DNA from: Candidatus Gottesmanbacteria bacterium
Lineage (GTDB): Bacteria; Patescibacteriota; Microgenomatia; UBA10105; UBA927
NCBI GenBank assembly: GCA_963701185.1
Contig: OY969569.1
Span: forward strand, 731,548-795,547
Reading direction: 5' to 3'
DNA length: 64,000 nt
The notes below the pieces were generated by a model. That model had not been told where the DNA came from, did not search any database, and was given only the letters and a program-made list of their open reading frames with translations. The stretch's first letter is position 1, and each line of letters begins with the position of its first letter. Shown piece after piece: positions 18,451-26,786 of this stretch. Both the position numbers and the translations under genes were made by a program.

Positions 18451-19110
18451 TTAAAGCTTTGCCACCTCCGCGAGCATCTCCTTGTTTCTGACTGCCATCT
18501 GGGCATCATCAAGCGTAGATCGAACGATCCCGTCTTTATCAATTAAGATGTATGTATGTCCGGGAAATTGGCCCCTGTGCATTGACGAGTTGAGCGTTAA
18601 TACGCCGAACAGATTAGAAACCGACCGGTCCGGATCCAAAAGTACGGTGTTGCCGGCGAGCTCCGGCATCTTGTCAATTGCCTGCTTCCATTCCTCTTTT
18701 GTGTTAACCGTAATATTGAAAACCGCCGTATTTTTGGCTGCAAAATCTTTATCCTGGCCAAAAGCGATTATCTGATTCCAACAGGCCGGATAGCACATCA
18801 GACCCTCGTTAAAGAAAAGAACCACGTTTTTACCGCGAAAGTCTTTAAGGCTGATTGTTTTCCCATCATAACTGGGTGCCGTAAAATCCGGTGCAGGCGT
18901 ATTGATAAGGCTATCAAAAATAGCTGAATCTGCCGGCTTTGGTTTATGATGATCTGCCATCGAATCACCGGCGGCCGGCGTTTGCGCCTGTGTATTGACC
19001 GTTGCTGAGCCCGAATTTTTGATACATAGGGCTCCTAATATTACTACTGCCACAATAACTTCAGTGGCAATGATGACGATGTGTTTCTCAGTGAATTTCA
19101 TGATGTTCAC
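18451..19110 (-). CDS. Thiol-disulfide oxidoreductase of thioredoxin fold (TlpA/ResA/redoxin-like). It is membrane anchored and extracytoplasmic.
   Basis: N-terminal TM helix and a CYPAC CxxC motif in a thioredoxin-fold context (NVVLFFNEGLMCYPAC). Confidence 0.7.
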   Translation of the reverse strand: MNIMKFTEKHIVIIATEVIVAVVILGALCIKNSGSATVNTQAQTPAAGDSMADHHKPKPADSAIFDSLINTPAPDFTAPSYDGKTISLKDFRGKNVVLFFNEGLMCYPACWNQIIAFGQDKDFAAKNTAVFNITVNTKEEWKQAIDKMPELAGNTVLLDPDRSVSNLFGVLTLNSSMHRGQFPGHTYILIDKDGIVRSTLDDAQMAVRNKEMLAEVAKL

Positions 19111-20005
19111 CTCCTTTCATAAATTTTTTTCTGTCCATCCATTGCTTCAAGGCTTCTATAATAATTGCTCCAATAATGAGGACGAAAATACCGGCCCAAA
19201 CAGGTTCAGGAATAATTCCGGTATAGGTACCGATGAATTGAGTGAGCCGGGCTATGTAAATAGTAACGGATAGCTGGTACGTGTTTTGCATCGTAAGCTG
19301 ATTGGTGATGGTGAGATACAGAATGAGTATGCCTATAAAAAAGTACATACTGCCGGAAACAACGTTGGAAAGCGTGCTGGTGATCGTAAGCCTGAAAAGT
19401 TTGAAGGTCATGGGAGTTCTCAGCACCAATAGTTTTTGCGTGATGCGTGTTTTATCCAGAACTGCCGACAATACAAACAGCGGTATGACCATACCCAACA
19501 CATAGGTTATTGTGTACAGGGCGCCCCAAAGATATGAGCCTGGTAATGCGGACAGCGTAAGGACTCCGGCCAGGACCGGTGCACAACAGGTCGTCGCTAT
19601 CGCTGAAAATATGCCCAAAATAAAAATGGAAACCATGTCATATTTTTTAAATTCCGGGTGGGCAATCATCGGCAAAGAAAATTGTTTCCCTAAAAGGAGC
19701 GAAATACCAAGAAGCACCAGAAATGAAGCACCACCGAAAAATAATGCGTCGTGATACTGCCTAAACAACATGGATACTGCCGCTGTCCCTAGCCCGATCG
19801 GAATAAATACAGCTAAAAGTCCTAAGAAGTAGACAAACGTCATCAAAAAAACCGTACGTTTTTGTTTCACGACGGAAGCAAAGTACGTAGGAAGCAGCAC
19901 GGTAATGCAGCAGGGTGCCGCGAGCGCCGCAATTCCGGCAATAAAAGCAGACACGAGTGACGCACTCACAAGTACATCCATATTCCAAGAAGTTTTTAGC
20001 AACAA
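19088..20005 (-). CDS. CcdA/DsbD-superfamily polytopic membrane protein with paired-Cys (CC) motifs; paralog 1
   Basis: AAPCCITVLLPTYFA in TM1 and TTCCAPVLAGVLTLS in a later TM. It is a clear paralog of the 23047-23892 gene. Confidence 0.55.
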   Translation of the reverse strand: MLLKTSWNMDVLVSASLVSAFIAGIAALAAPCCITVLLPTYFASVVKQKRTVFLMTFVYFLGLLAVFIPIGLGTAAVSMLFRQYHDALFFGGASFLVLLGISLLLGKQFSLPMIAHPEFKKYDMVSIFILGIFSAIATTCCAPVLAGVLTLSALPGSYLWGALYTITYVLGMVIPLFVLSAVLDKTRITQKLLVLRTPMTFKLFRLTITSTLSNVVSGSMYFFIGILILYLTITNQLTMQNTYQLSVTIYIARLTQFIGTYTGIIPEPVWAGIFVLIIGAIIIEALKQWMDRKKFMKGGEHHEIH

Positions 20006-20184
20006 CCTCCCCCGCTATGTTGTCGGGGCTTACCCACAAACTGCTGTTGGTTTTTATCAAATTGGGCTTGACAGCTTTCGGAACAGAACCTATACGTCGT
20101 TCCGTTATGGCGTGTCTGATATGGAGACTCTCCGACTCCCATTCCACAGACCGGATCCTTTGACTTTTTAGAAAACCAATTCAT
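19996..20184 (-). CDS. YHS-domain metal-binding mini-protein with a C-terminal GGGCC
   Basis: MNWFSKKSKDPVCGMGVGESPYQTRHNGTTYRFCSESCQAQF is a canonical YHS signature. The terminal ...HSGGGCC adds Cys. Confidence 0.65.
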   Translation of the reverse strand: MNWFSKKSKDPVCGMGVGESPYQTRHNGTTYRFCSESCQAQFDKNQQQFVGKPRQHSGGGCC

Positions 20185-20247
20185 AGATATCTCCTTTCAG
20201 GAACAATCAGTATGAGCTTTCATTGTAGAGACTGTGGTATGAAGAAA

Positions 20248-21645
20248 TTATGAGGATGAAAGCGGCAAATAGATCGTAAACTCGCTACCCTTGCTAACCT
20301 GGCTTTTGACGTGTATCGCACCATGGTGCGCGTTAATAATCGCCAGGGCAATAGACAGACCAAGTCCGGAGCCGAACGTTTTATCGGTTTTACTCCCTCG
20401 GTAGTACCGTTCAAATATATGGGGTACGTCCTTTTTGTGAATGCCGACGCCGATGTCTCTGATCTGAATGAGTATATGTTCGTCCGTTGTGGTTAATCGG
20501 ATGCGAACCGTGCCTCCACTTGGCGTGTACCGGATTGCGTTATCGATGATATTGATGACGGCACGCGACAGTTTGTCTTTTTTTCCATATGCTTTCACAT
20601 CGGGCTGTATAGCGGTTTCAATTCGTATCTTTTTTTCGGTTGCCAACTTGACGGCAATTTCCTTGAGCTCCCTCAGCAGTTCTGAGATGTCAAAGGTTTC
20701 AAATTGCTGGGTTGCGCTGTCTGCTTCCGACCACGCAAGATCTAAAATATTCTTCACCGTGTTTGTTACTCTTTTGGTATCGATGAGTGTTTCGGAGAGG
20801 GCTTTTTTGTACTCCTCTTTTGTTCGTTCTTTTGCAAGGATGACTTCACTACCGGTTTGAAGGATAGACAGAGGGGTTTTGAGTTCATGGGCAACATCGC
20901 CGATAAACTGGCGTTCGCGGGTAAATGCGTCATGAAGGCGGTCAAGGAGTGTGTTAAACGTCACTGCGAGTTTTTCTATTTCATCACCCGTATGTGGGTT
21001 CGTCACCCGCTCATGTAAGTTATCAGGGTTGATATGTTCAAGTTCTCCCGTAATCGTTGCAACAGGCTGTATAGCACCGCGTGCATTCAGGTATCCCCCA
21101 ATAATCGTAGGAATGAGGAAAATGATAAAGACACCGCCGAGAATGGTCAGAAGTATATTGATGGACTGTTGTATGGCGTCAATCGGATGACCCATAAAGA
21201 CAACACCGACAAAAATATTGTTTTGATGAACAGGACTTACATAAAATCGCATCAGTTGTGTCCCCACGGTTTGATCAGTAAAAAATGGGCGGTCTGTGTT
21301 TTTCGCAGTTTCAAATAATTGCGAGAATCGGGTGTCCGGCGGGTTTGTTGCCTGCGAACTGGTCACTGTCTTTCCCGCGCTATTGGTTATAACAACAAGC
21401 ATTCCCGGAAGCTGGCTAAATTCCTGCAGAAAGGATTGCGCGGCAAAGGCTTCATGCATCGTGCCGTTTGTCTGGGTAACGATCTCGATAATTTTATTGC
21501 TGTGTTCGATGAGCGTCCTATCAACCTGTGAGAACAGCGTTTGTTTGGTGAGAATGAAGAAACTTATGAAGATGATCGCGATGGCAAGGATAAACGATGC
21601 CGTATACCAGAGTGTCAGACGGAAGAGAATACTTTTCGTGTTCAT
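20248..21645 (-). CDS. Sensor histidine kinase with two TM helices, HAMP, HisKA and HATPase_c (CusS/CopS-like)
   Basis: H-box DVAHELKTPLS; N, G1 and G2 boxes (IIDNAIRYT, DIGVGI, GSGLGLSI). Confidence 0.9.
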   Translation of the reverse strand: MNTKSILFRLTLWYTASFILAIAIIFISFFILTKQTLFSQVDRTLIEHSNKIIEIVTQTNGTMHEAFAAQSFLQEFSQLPGMLVVITNSAGKTVTSSQATNPPDTRFSQLFETAKNTDRPFFTDQTVGTQLMRFYVSPVHQNNIFVGVVFMGHPIDAIQQSINILLTILGGVFIIFLIPTIIGGYLNARGAIQPVATITGELEHINPDNLHERVTNPHTGDEIEKLAVTFNTLLDRLHDAFTRERQFIGDVAHELKTPLSILQTGSEVILAKERTKEEYKKALSETLIDTKRVTNTVKNILDLAWSEADSATQQFETFDISELLRELKEIAVKLATEKKIRIETAIQPDVKAYGKKDKLSRAVINIIDNAIRYTPSGGTVRIRLTTTDEHILIQIRDIGVGIHKKDVPHIFERYYRGSKTDKTFGSGLGLSIALAIINAHHGAIHVKSQVSKGSEFTIYLPLSSS

Positions 21646-22319
21646 GGATGCACACTTATTTTATACCCGATGCCATGAATTGTATGCACGAGTTTGATTT
21701 TGGAATTTTTATCGACTTTCCGCCTCAAGGCTGCGACAAATACATCAACGACGTTACTCATGCTGTCAAAATTATAATCCCACACGTGTTCGGTAATCAT
21801 CGTTCGGGTAACCACTTCTCCTTTGTGGCGCAGTAATAACTCTAAAATGGCAAACTCCTTCGGCGTCAGTTTTATTTCATTTCCGGCTCTCTGGGCGATG
21901 TGTTTCATCGGATCGAGTGTGAGATCATCAAGCGATAGTGTGAGTGTCGGCGCAAGCTGAGTGCTTCTCCTGATAAGCGCATGGATACGGCTGCGTAGTT
22001 CCAAAAAGGAAAATGGTTTACCCAGATAATCATCCGCACCGCTATCCAGGCCGGAAACCCGGTCATCCACCGTAGTTTTAGCGGTAAGCATGAGAATGGG
22101 AGTCTTTATTCCTTTTTTCCGCAGTTCCCGGCAGACAGTCAACCCATTCTTTTTCGGTATCATGACATCCAATATGATAAGGTCGTATGTTTCAGATTCT
22201 GCCAAATACTGACCTTCTTCACCGTCATACGCTGCGTCTACTGCGAATCCCTCTTCAACCAGACCTTGTTTAACGACATGAGATAAGCGGCGTTCATCCT
22301 CTACGACGAGAATTCTCAT
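21642..22319 (-). CDS. OmpR-family response regulator (CusR/CopR-like). The start was moved to the internal Met (MRILVVEDE).
   Basis: Receiver domain with D...D...K residues (LDVMIP, MLTAK) and a C-terminal winged-helix domain (LTPKEFAILELL). It is translationally coupled to the kinase (ATGA). Confidence 0.9.
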   Translation of the reverse strand: MRILVVEDERRLSHVVKQGLVEEGFAVDAAYDGEEGQYLAESETYDLIILDVMIPKKNGLTVCRELRKKGIKTPILMLTAKTTVDDRVSGLDSGADDYLGKPFSFLELRSRIHALIRRSTQLAPTLTLSLDDLTLDPMKHIAQRAGNEIKLTPKEFAILELLLRHKGEVVTRTMITEHVWDYNFDSMSNVVDVFVAALRRKVDKNSKIKLVHTIHGIGYKISVHP

Positions 22320-22466
22320 ACCTGCATTATACGCTAAAATTATGAAGGAATTATTAAGATTTGATCGTAACGATTGTGGGACGTTCATTCCTATATTCAT
22401 GAAATCTTCATATTTAAAAGTGTTTAATACGAAACACCGCAATAATAGCGTGGCAGAGGAGGCTCT
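22320..22466. promoter_or_regulatory. Divergent intergenic control region between the response-regulator arm (-) and the DUF1573/CcdA/rhodanese arm (+)
   Basis: 147-bp AT-rich spacer. It holds a perfect palindrome GTGTTT-N6-AAACAC (22420-22437) and ATGAA-ATC-TTCAT (about 22398-22410), then a GAGGAGG RBS before the 22467 ATG. Confidence 0.35.
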
Positions 22467-22967
22467 ATGAGTGGAGAAACCAAATTTATTATCGGTGTGT
22501 CGGTTGTTACTGTTGCAATAATCGTCGGGGCAATCGTGCTCTTCAGCAATCAAAAACCGGCACCCAAACGGGAAGAATTAGGATCCGCAAGCATGACGAT
22601 TGATAAAAAGTCCGAGGATTTTGGCTCCATGAAGGTCAGTGATGAGCGGCGTGCCGCATTTACCATAACCAATACAGGCGACTCGATTCTCCGGATCTGG
22701 AAAGTAGCGACCTCCTGCGACTGTACGGCGGCGACCGTTAAAATCGGCGACACGGAAACTCCGGAGTTTAGTATGGCAGGGATGATGAGTTCGGAGCGCG
22801 CCAACTGGCTCGGTGAAGTGCCTGCAGGTAAAAACGCTGTTTTGACCGTTATCTACCGGCCGAGCGTTATGCCGGTTAACGGTCCGATTACCCGTCAGGT
22901 AAACTTTTCAACCAACGACCCGAATAACCCGGATGTGCAAGTCAGCATCTCGGCGAATGTACTATAA
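22467..22967 (+). CDS. DUF1573-like membrane-anchored protein
   Basis: N-terminal TM helix followed by a beta-rich domain with a TSCDCTAA motif. Confidence 0.6.
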   Translation: MSGETKFIIGVSVVTVAIIVGAIVLFSNQKPAPKREELGSASMTIDKKSEDFGSMKVSDERRAAFTITNTGDSILRIWKVATSCDCTAATVKIGDTETPEFSMAGMMSSERANWLGEVPAGKNAVLTVIYRPSVMPVNGPITRQVNFSTNDPNNPDVQVSISANVL

Positions 22968-23046
22968 AATTTTTAATCAATTTTTATTTTCTTAATTTTT
23001 AGTATTCAATGAAAATTTCAAATTAAAAATTGAAAATTAAGACTTT

Positions 23047-23892
23047 ATGAACAGCTTAGCTCTCATACAAAGTATTTCCTTAATTACAGCGTTTTTTGGC
23101 GGCATGGTGGCACTGTTTGCGCCGTGCTGCATCACGTTCCTTCTTCCAAGCTACCTCGCCAATATCTTCCGGGGCCGGAAAAATATTTTAGGGCTCACGC
23201 TCCTGTTTGGCCTGGGCATTGCAACCGTTCTTGTCCCGGCCGCCCTGGGAATCAGGGCTGTGGGACAGCTCTTTCAAAAATTCCATACCCAGACATATCT
23301 TGTCGGCGGCGCATTCATGGTCATTTTGGGTCTTATGGAGCTGACCGGCAAAAAAATTACAATTCCGATGCTCAACCTCACCATCGACCTTAACGCACAT
23401 AAAAGTCCCTGGGCAGTGTACGTCCTGGGTGTATTTTCCGGCATCACCTCGAGTTGCTGCACGCCGGTTCTTGCCGGTATTTTAACATTAAGTTTCCTCT
23501 CCCCCTCTTTCCTGTGGGCCGGTCTTGCCGGAGTAGCCTATGTCGCCGGCATGGTTGTACCGCTTGTTATCCTTGCTCTTCTTTTGGACCGCGTTGATTG
23601 GCAGAAAATGATGAATATAAAAGGGAAAACAGTGAATCTTTTTGGGAAAGCAAGACTACTGACCGACGTCGTTGCAGGATTCCTGTTTATCGCGGTAGGC
23701 ATACTGTTTAGCGCCCTGGCCGCTTCCGGCAATATCGCCATGGGCACCACAAAACCGGTTGAGGCAACGCTTGGGACGGGTGTTATGAATATCGTAAGAA
23801 GCGTTCGCTCTATTCCGGGGAGCGAATTTTTCTTTGCCGCGGCTCTCATTATAACCATCGTCATTGTTATATGGAAAGGAAAAAAAGTATGA
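23047..23892 (+). CDS. CcdA/DsbD-superfamily membrane protein with CC motifs; paralog 2
   Basis: ALFAPCCITFLLPSYLA and SSCCTPVLAGILTLS. It is collinear with the 19088-20005 protein. Confidence 0.55.
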   Translation: MNSLALIQSISLITAFFGGMVALFAPCCITFLLPSYLANIFRGRKNILGLTLLFGLGIATVLVPAALGIRAVGQLFQKFHTQTYLVGGAFMVILGLMELTGKKITIPMLNLTIDLNAHKSPWAVYVLGVFSGITSSCCTPVLAGILTLSFLSPSFLWAGLAGVAYVAGMVVPLVILALLLDRVDWQKMMNIKGKTVNLFGKARLLTDVVAGFLFIAVGILFSALAASGNIAMGTTKPVEATLGTGVMNIVRSVRSIPGSEFFFAAALIITIVIVIWKGKKV

Positions 23893-24974
23893 AAAAAACA
23901 TCCAATGAATTACCAAAAAAGGCAACGACAGTTCTCGTTCTCGTATCGCTCGTCCTGACCGGATATCTTTTGGGTGCCAAACAGGATGCACTGCGAGGTA
24001 TTCTTGCCAATCCGTTTTCTGCCGGCTATCGTCAGCAAAATGCGGTGAGTGCAAAACAGCTGGCTGGAATGATGAAAAACAAGGATTTTACGCTCATTAA
24101 CGTCCACACGCCGTACGAGGGTGAAATACCTAAAACCGACGCATTTATCGCCTACGATAAAATCGTCGAGAATTCGGCAAGCCTTCCCAAAGATAAGAAC
24201 GCGCCGATTATCCTCTACTGCCATACCGGCCGCATGAGCGATGAGGCCGTCACGACACTCAAAAAAATGGGATACACCAACGTGCGCCAGCTGGCGGGTG
24301 GGACGAACGCGTGGAAAAAAGCCGGACAAACCGTCATGGACCTCCAGTCACTGACTGACGAGGTGCTTCCGAAAAATGGTGCGACGCTTTCCGTGTCCTG
24401 GGGTGATATCTGGCCGAAACTCGTCGCGGCCGGGGTCATAGATCTTGCGAAGTTCAAAGAAACGGTCAAGCCGACGCCCGACCAGGAAAAAATTCTGACG
24501 GAAGGATCGGATGAAAAAATTACCATCACTGCCGAAAACAGTCAGTTTATTGTCGATGCGCTGTGGGCATTGGGTCTGGCGCAAAAAAGTACCGTCTATA
24601 CGGACGGCCCGATGGGCAAGGAGTATAAAAAAGAGGCCGGTAACTTCTCATCAACCGGCGGGTGGACATTGGCGCGCGGCAACGCAACGGACTATCTTGG
24701 CCAGCTTGACGTCATTCCGTTGACGGATGCCCAGCAGAAAAAAGTTGCGGAGATTGCCAAAAACGTCTATCGCCCGTGCTGCGGCAATTCAACATGGTTT
24801 CCGGACTGCAACCATGGCATGGCGGCCCTTGCGGCTATAGAACTCATGGTGTACGCAGGAATGGAAGAAAAACAGATTTATAAAGAGGTGCTCGCCTTAA
24901 ACAGCTTTTTCTTTCCGCACGAATTATCTCACGACTGCGACCTATTTTGCGAGGGCTGGTACACCGTGGGATAA
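23871..24974 (+). CDS. Membrane-anchored rhodanese-domain protein fused to an unrecognised C-terminal Cys/His-rich domain
   Basis: N-terminal TM helix. The rhodanese active-site loop LYCHTGRMS sits in an about 100-aa rhodanese fold. The about 200-aa C-terminal region has CCGNSTWFPDCNHG and HDCDLFC with no family I can name. Confidence 0.7.
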   Translation: MERKKSMKKTSNELPKKATTVLVLVSLVLTGYLLGAKQDALRGILANPFSAGYRQQNAVSAKQLAGMMKNKDFTLINVHTPYEGEIPKTDAFIAYDKIVENSASLPKDKNAPIILYCHTGRMSDEAVTTLKKMGYTNVRQLAGGTNAWKKAGQTVMDLQSLTDEVLPKNGATLSVSWGDIWPKLVAAGVIDLAKFKETVKPTPDQEKILTEGSDEKITITAENSQFIVDALWALGLAQKSTVYTDGPMGKEYKKEAGNFSSTGGWTLARGNATDYLGQLDVIPLTDAQQKKVAEIAKNVYRPCCGNSTWFPDCNHGMAALAAIELMVYAGMEEKQIYKEVLALNSFFFPHELSHDCDLFCEGWYTVG

Positions 24975-25160
24975 AGTGGACGCCAAAGAGGCCTTGGGCG
25001 CCACATACTCAGGCGGCCAGGGTGCGGCAGAAATTTCCAAAAAAGTGGGTCCCCTGCCCTACGGACAGAAGTCAGCCGGCGGCTGCGGCGCGTAACATAT
25101 GATCATACTGCCAATAGTAAGTGGCATCTATCGACAATCGGATTACTTGCTCTATACGGG

Positions 25161-25517
25161 GTGACGTTAATTACACTCAACGGGTGGCCGGGTTCGCTCG
25201 AAGAAATTCAGTCGCTCTGGTGGCTTCTGGTGCCGCTTGCCATAGCCTTCGGGACACAGGTGGGCATGTTTGTTGCTCTCAAGCGGCGCGCACGGATTCA
25301 CGGGGCTACATCGCTTGCAGGAGGTGGCGCGTCCGCGGGCGTGAGCATGCTTGCCTGCTGCGTCCATCATGCAACGGATGCGCTCCCGCTTTTGGGCATG
25401 TCGGCTGTGGGATTTTTTCTCATCCGTTTTCAAAAACCGCTGCTTGTCGCGAGTATCGCCATAAATAGTATCGGCATCTGGTATATGTACAAACACTTAA
25501 AAAAGGCGTCGCTATGA
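25161..25517 (+). CDS. Small membrane protein with an ACCVHH motif. GTG start; the start is uncertain.
   Basis: 118-aa ORF with three or four TM helices and paired Cys plus His in a TM region. Confidence 0.45.
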   Translation: MTLITLNGWPGSLEEIQSLWWLLVPLAIAFGTQVGMFVALKRRARIHGATSLAGGGASAGVSMLACCVHHATDALPLLGMSAVGFFLIRFQKPLLVASIAINSIGIWYMYKHLKKASL

Positions 25518-25936
25518 TCAAAATACTACTCCCCATCCTTGCCGTGCTCGTGGCAATAATTCTTCTCCGGAATAAACCGGCAGCAGGGCCGTCACCGGTC
25601 CCATTTGAAACAAAACAAAATACTGAGGCAAATGTGGAGATATCTGTGACGCCGCAAACACTCACGCCGGGTAAACAGGCAACATTTCAGATATCTTTTA
25701 CTACGCACTCCGTGGACCTCAATTTTGACGTTGCGGGCAGTGCGGAATTGGTTGATGAAAAAAACAATATTCTGGGGAAAGCCGTGTGGGATGGCACCCC
25801 GCCGGGCGGCCATCACCGCAGCGGTGCGCTGACGTTTTCAGCCCCTCTCCCTAAACAAATAAAATCCGTCACTCTTACCCTCGCGGATATTTCCGGAATC
25901 GCAACACGTACGTTTGAATGGAAGGTGATAGAATAA
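25514..25936 (+). CDS. Secreted or membrane-anchored beta-rich protein with a GTPPGGHHRSG motif
   Basis: N-terminal signal anchor, 4-nt overlap with the upstream gene and a His-containing loop. Confidence 0.5.
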   Translation: MIKILLPILAVLVAIILLRNKPAAGPSPVPFETKQNTEANVEISVTPQTLTPGKQATFQISFTTHSVDLNFDVAGSAELVDEKNNILGKAVWDGTPPGGHHRSGALTFSAPLPKQIKSVTLTLADISGIATRTFEWKVIE

Positions 25937-26082
25937 TGAAAGATTGGCTTTTATTATTCGCTATTCTTGCATGTCCTCTTGTACATATATTTTTTATGCG
26001 ACACAATGATCATAAACAACGAAACCCTCCTTCGCTAAAGCTTCGGAGGGCGAGGGGAGGTGAACACCATCATGAAACATAA
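25936..26082 (+). CDS. Second DUF2933-like mini-protein, 48 aa, not in the ORF track, with a His-rich tail
   Basis: Hand translation gives MKDWLLLFAILACPLVHIFFMRHNDHKQRNPPSLKLRRARGGEHHHET. It shares the LxCPL(L/V)Hxx(M/F)M core with the 18219-18389 protein. TAATG overlap with the upstream stop. Confidence 0.4.
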   Translation: MKDWLLLFAILACPLVHIFFMRHNDHKQRNPPSLKLRRARGGEHHHET

Positions 26083-26338
26083 CCCCATCGCAACTGCCAA
26101 CGCGGCCGCGGCCACAATAGCAGTCATTTATGTCGTATGCGCACTGTTTTTTGTGATTGCTCCGGATCTGTCAATGGCCATTGCAAAAACCTGGTTTCAC
26201 GGCATCGATATTTCGCTCATAGATGCGCGGATAGCCACTTTCGGTTCGTTTATCCTGGGTTTGGTTTCTGCCACCGTCAGCGCCTGGCTCGTAGGATATT
26301 TATTTGCCGTCATATATAATAAACTCACAGAAAAATGA
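26072..26338 (+). CDS. Small two-TM membrane protein
   Basis: A GGGGAGGTGA RBS lies 6 nt upstream of ATG 26072 (MKHNPI...). The ORF track lists a GTG start at 26060. Confidence 0.5.
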   Translation: MKHNPIATANAAAATIAVIYVVCALFFVIAPDLSMAIAKTWFHGIDISLIDARIATFGSFILGLVSATVSAWLVGYLFAVIYNKLTEK

Positions 26339-26352
26339 GGAGGTGAGTGTTT

Positions 26353-26481
26353 ATGATGGGATATTATGGGGGCATGATGGGTTCGTGGGGTCTGTTTGGG
26401 TCACTAACCTGGCTCCTGTTGATCATCTTTTTAATTCTCGGCATCGCGTACTTCTGGAAAGAGATCAATAAAAAACGATGA
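26353..26481 (+). CDS. Single-TM mini-protein, 42 aa
   Basis: AGGAGGTGA RBS; MMGYYGGMMGSWGLFGSLTWLLLIIFLILGIAYFWKEINKKR. Confidence 0.35.
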   Translation: MMGYYGGMMGSWGLFGSLTWLLLIIFLILGIAYFWKEINKKR

Positions 26482-26786
26482 CGCTGTTTCAGAAAAAAAC
26501 GTATCAACTACTGACCACCGTCCCGCGTGGCCGTGTAACGACATACAAGGCCTTAGCCGATGCGCTGGGAACCAAGGGCTACCGCGCGATTGGGCAATTC
26601 ATGAAACATAATCCGTACGCCCCTGCAGTCCCCTGCCACCGTGTGGTGGCGTCTACTGGCACCATCGGAGGATTTAATGGCGGAATTACCAAGAAAATCC
26701 GCATGCTGCGGGAGGAAGGAGTTAAAATTTCCGGAAAAAATATTATCGATTTCCCTACCGTGTTATTTCCTTTTCCAGACTCTTGA
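26478..26786 (+). CDS. MGMT-family protein (methylated-DNA-protein-cysteine methyltransferase DNA-binding domain only, YbaZ-like)
   Basis: VPCHRVV active-site motif within an about 80-aa HTH domain; no N-terminal domain. Confidence 0.7.
   Translation: MTLFQKKTYQLLTTVPRGRVTTYKALADALGTKGYRAIGQFMKHNPYAPAVPCHRVVASTGTIGGFNGGITKKIRMLREEGVKISGKNIIDFPTVLFPFPDS

Noticed and set aside
20220-20414. 64-aa ORF at the 3' end of the histidine kinase
   Set aside because: It is nested in another frame of the HATPase_c region and has no support.
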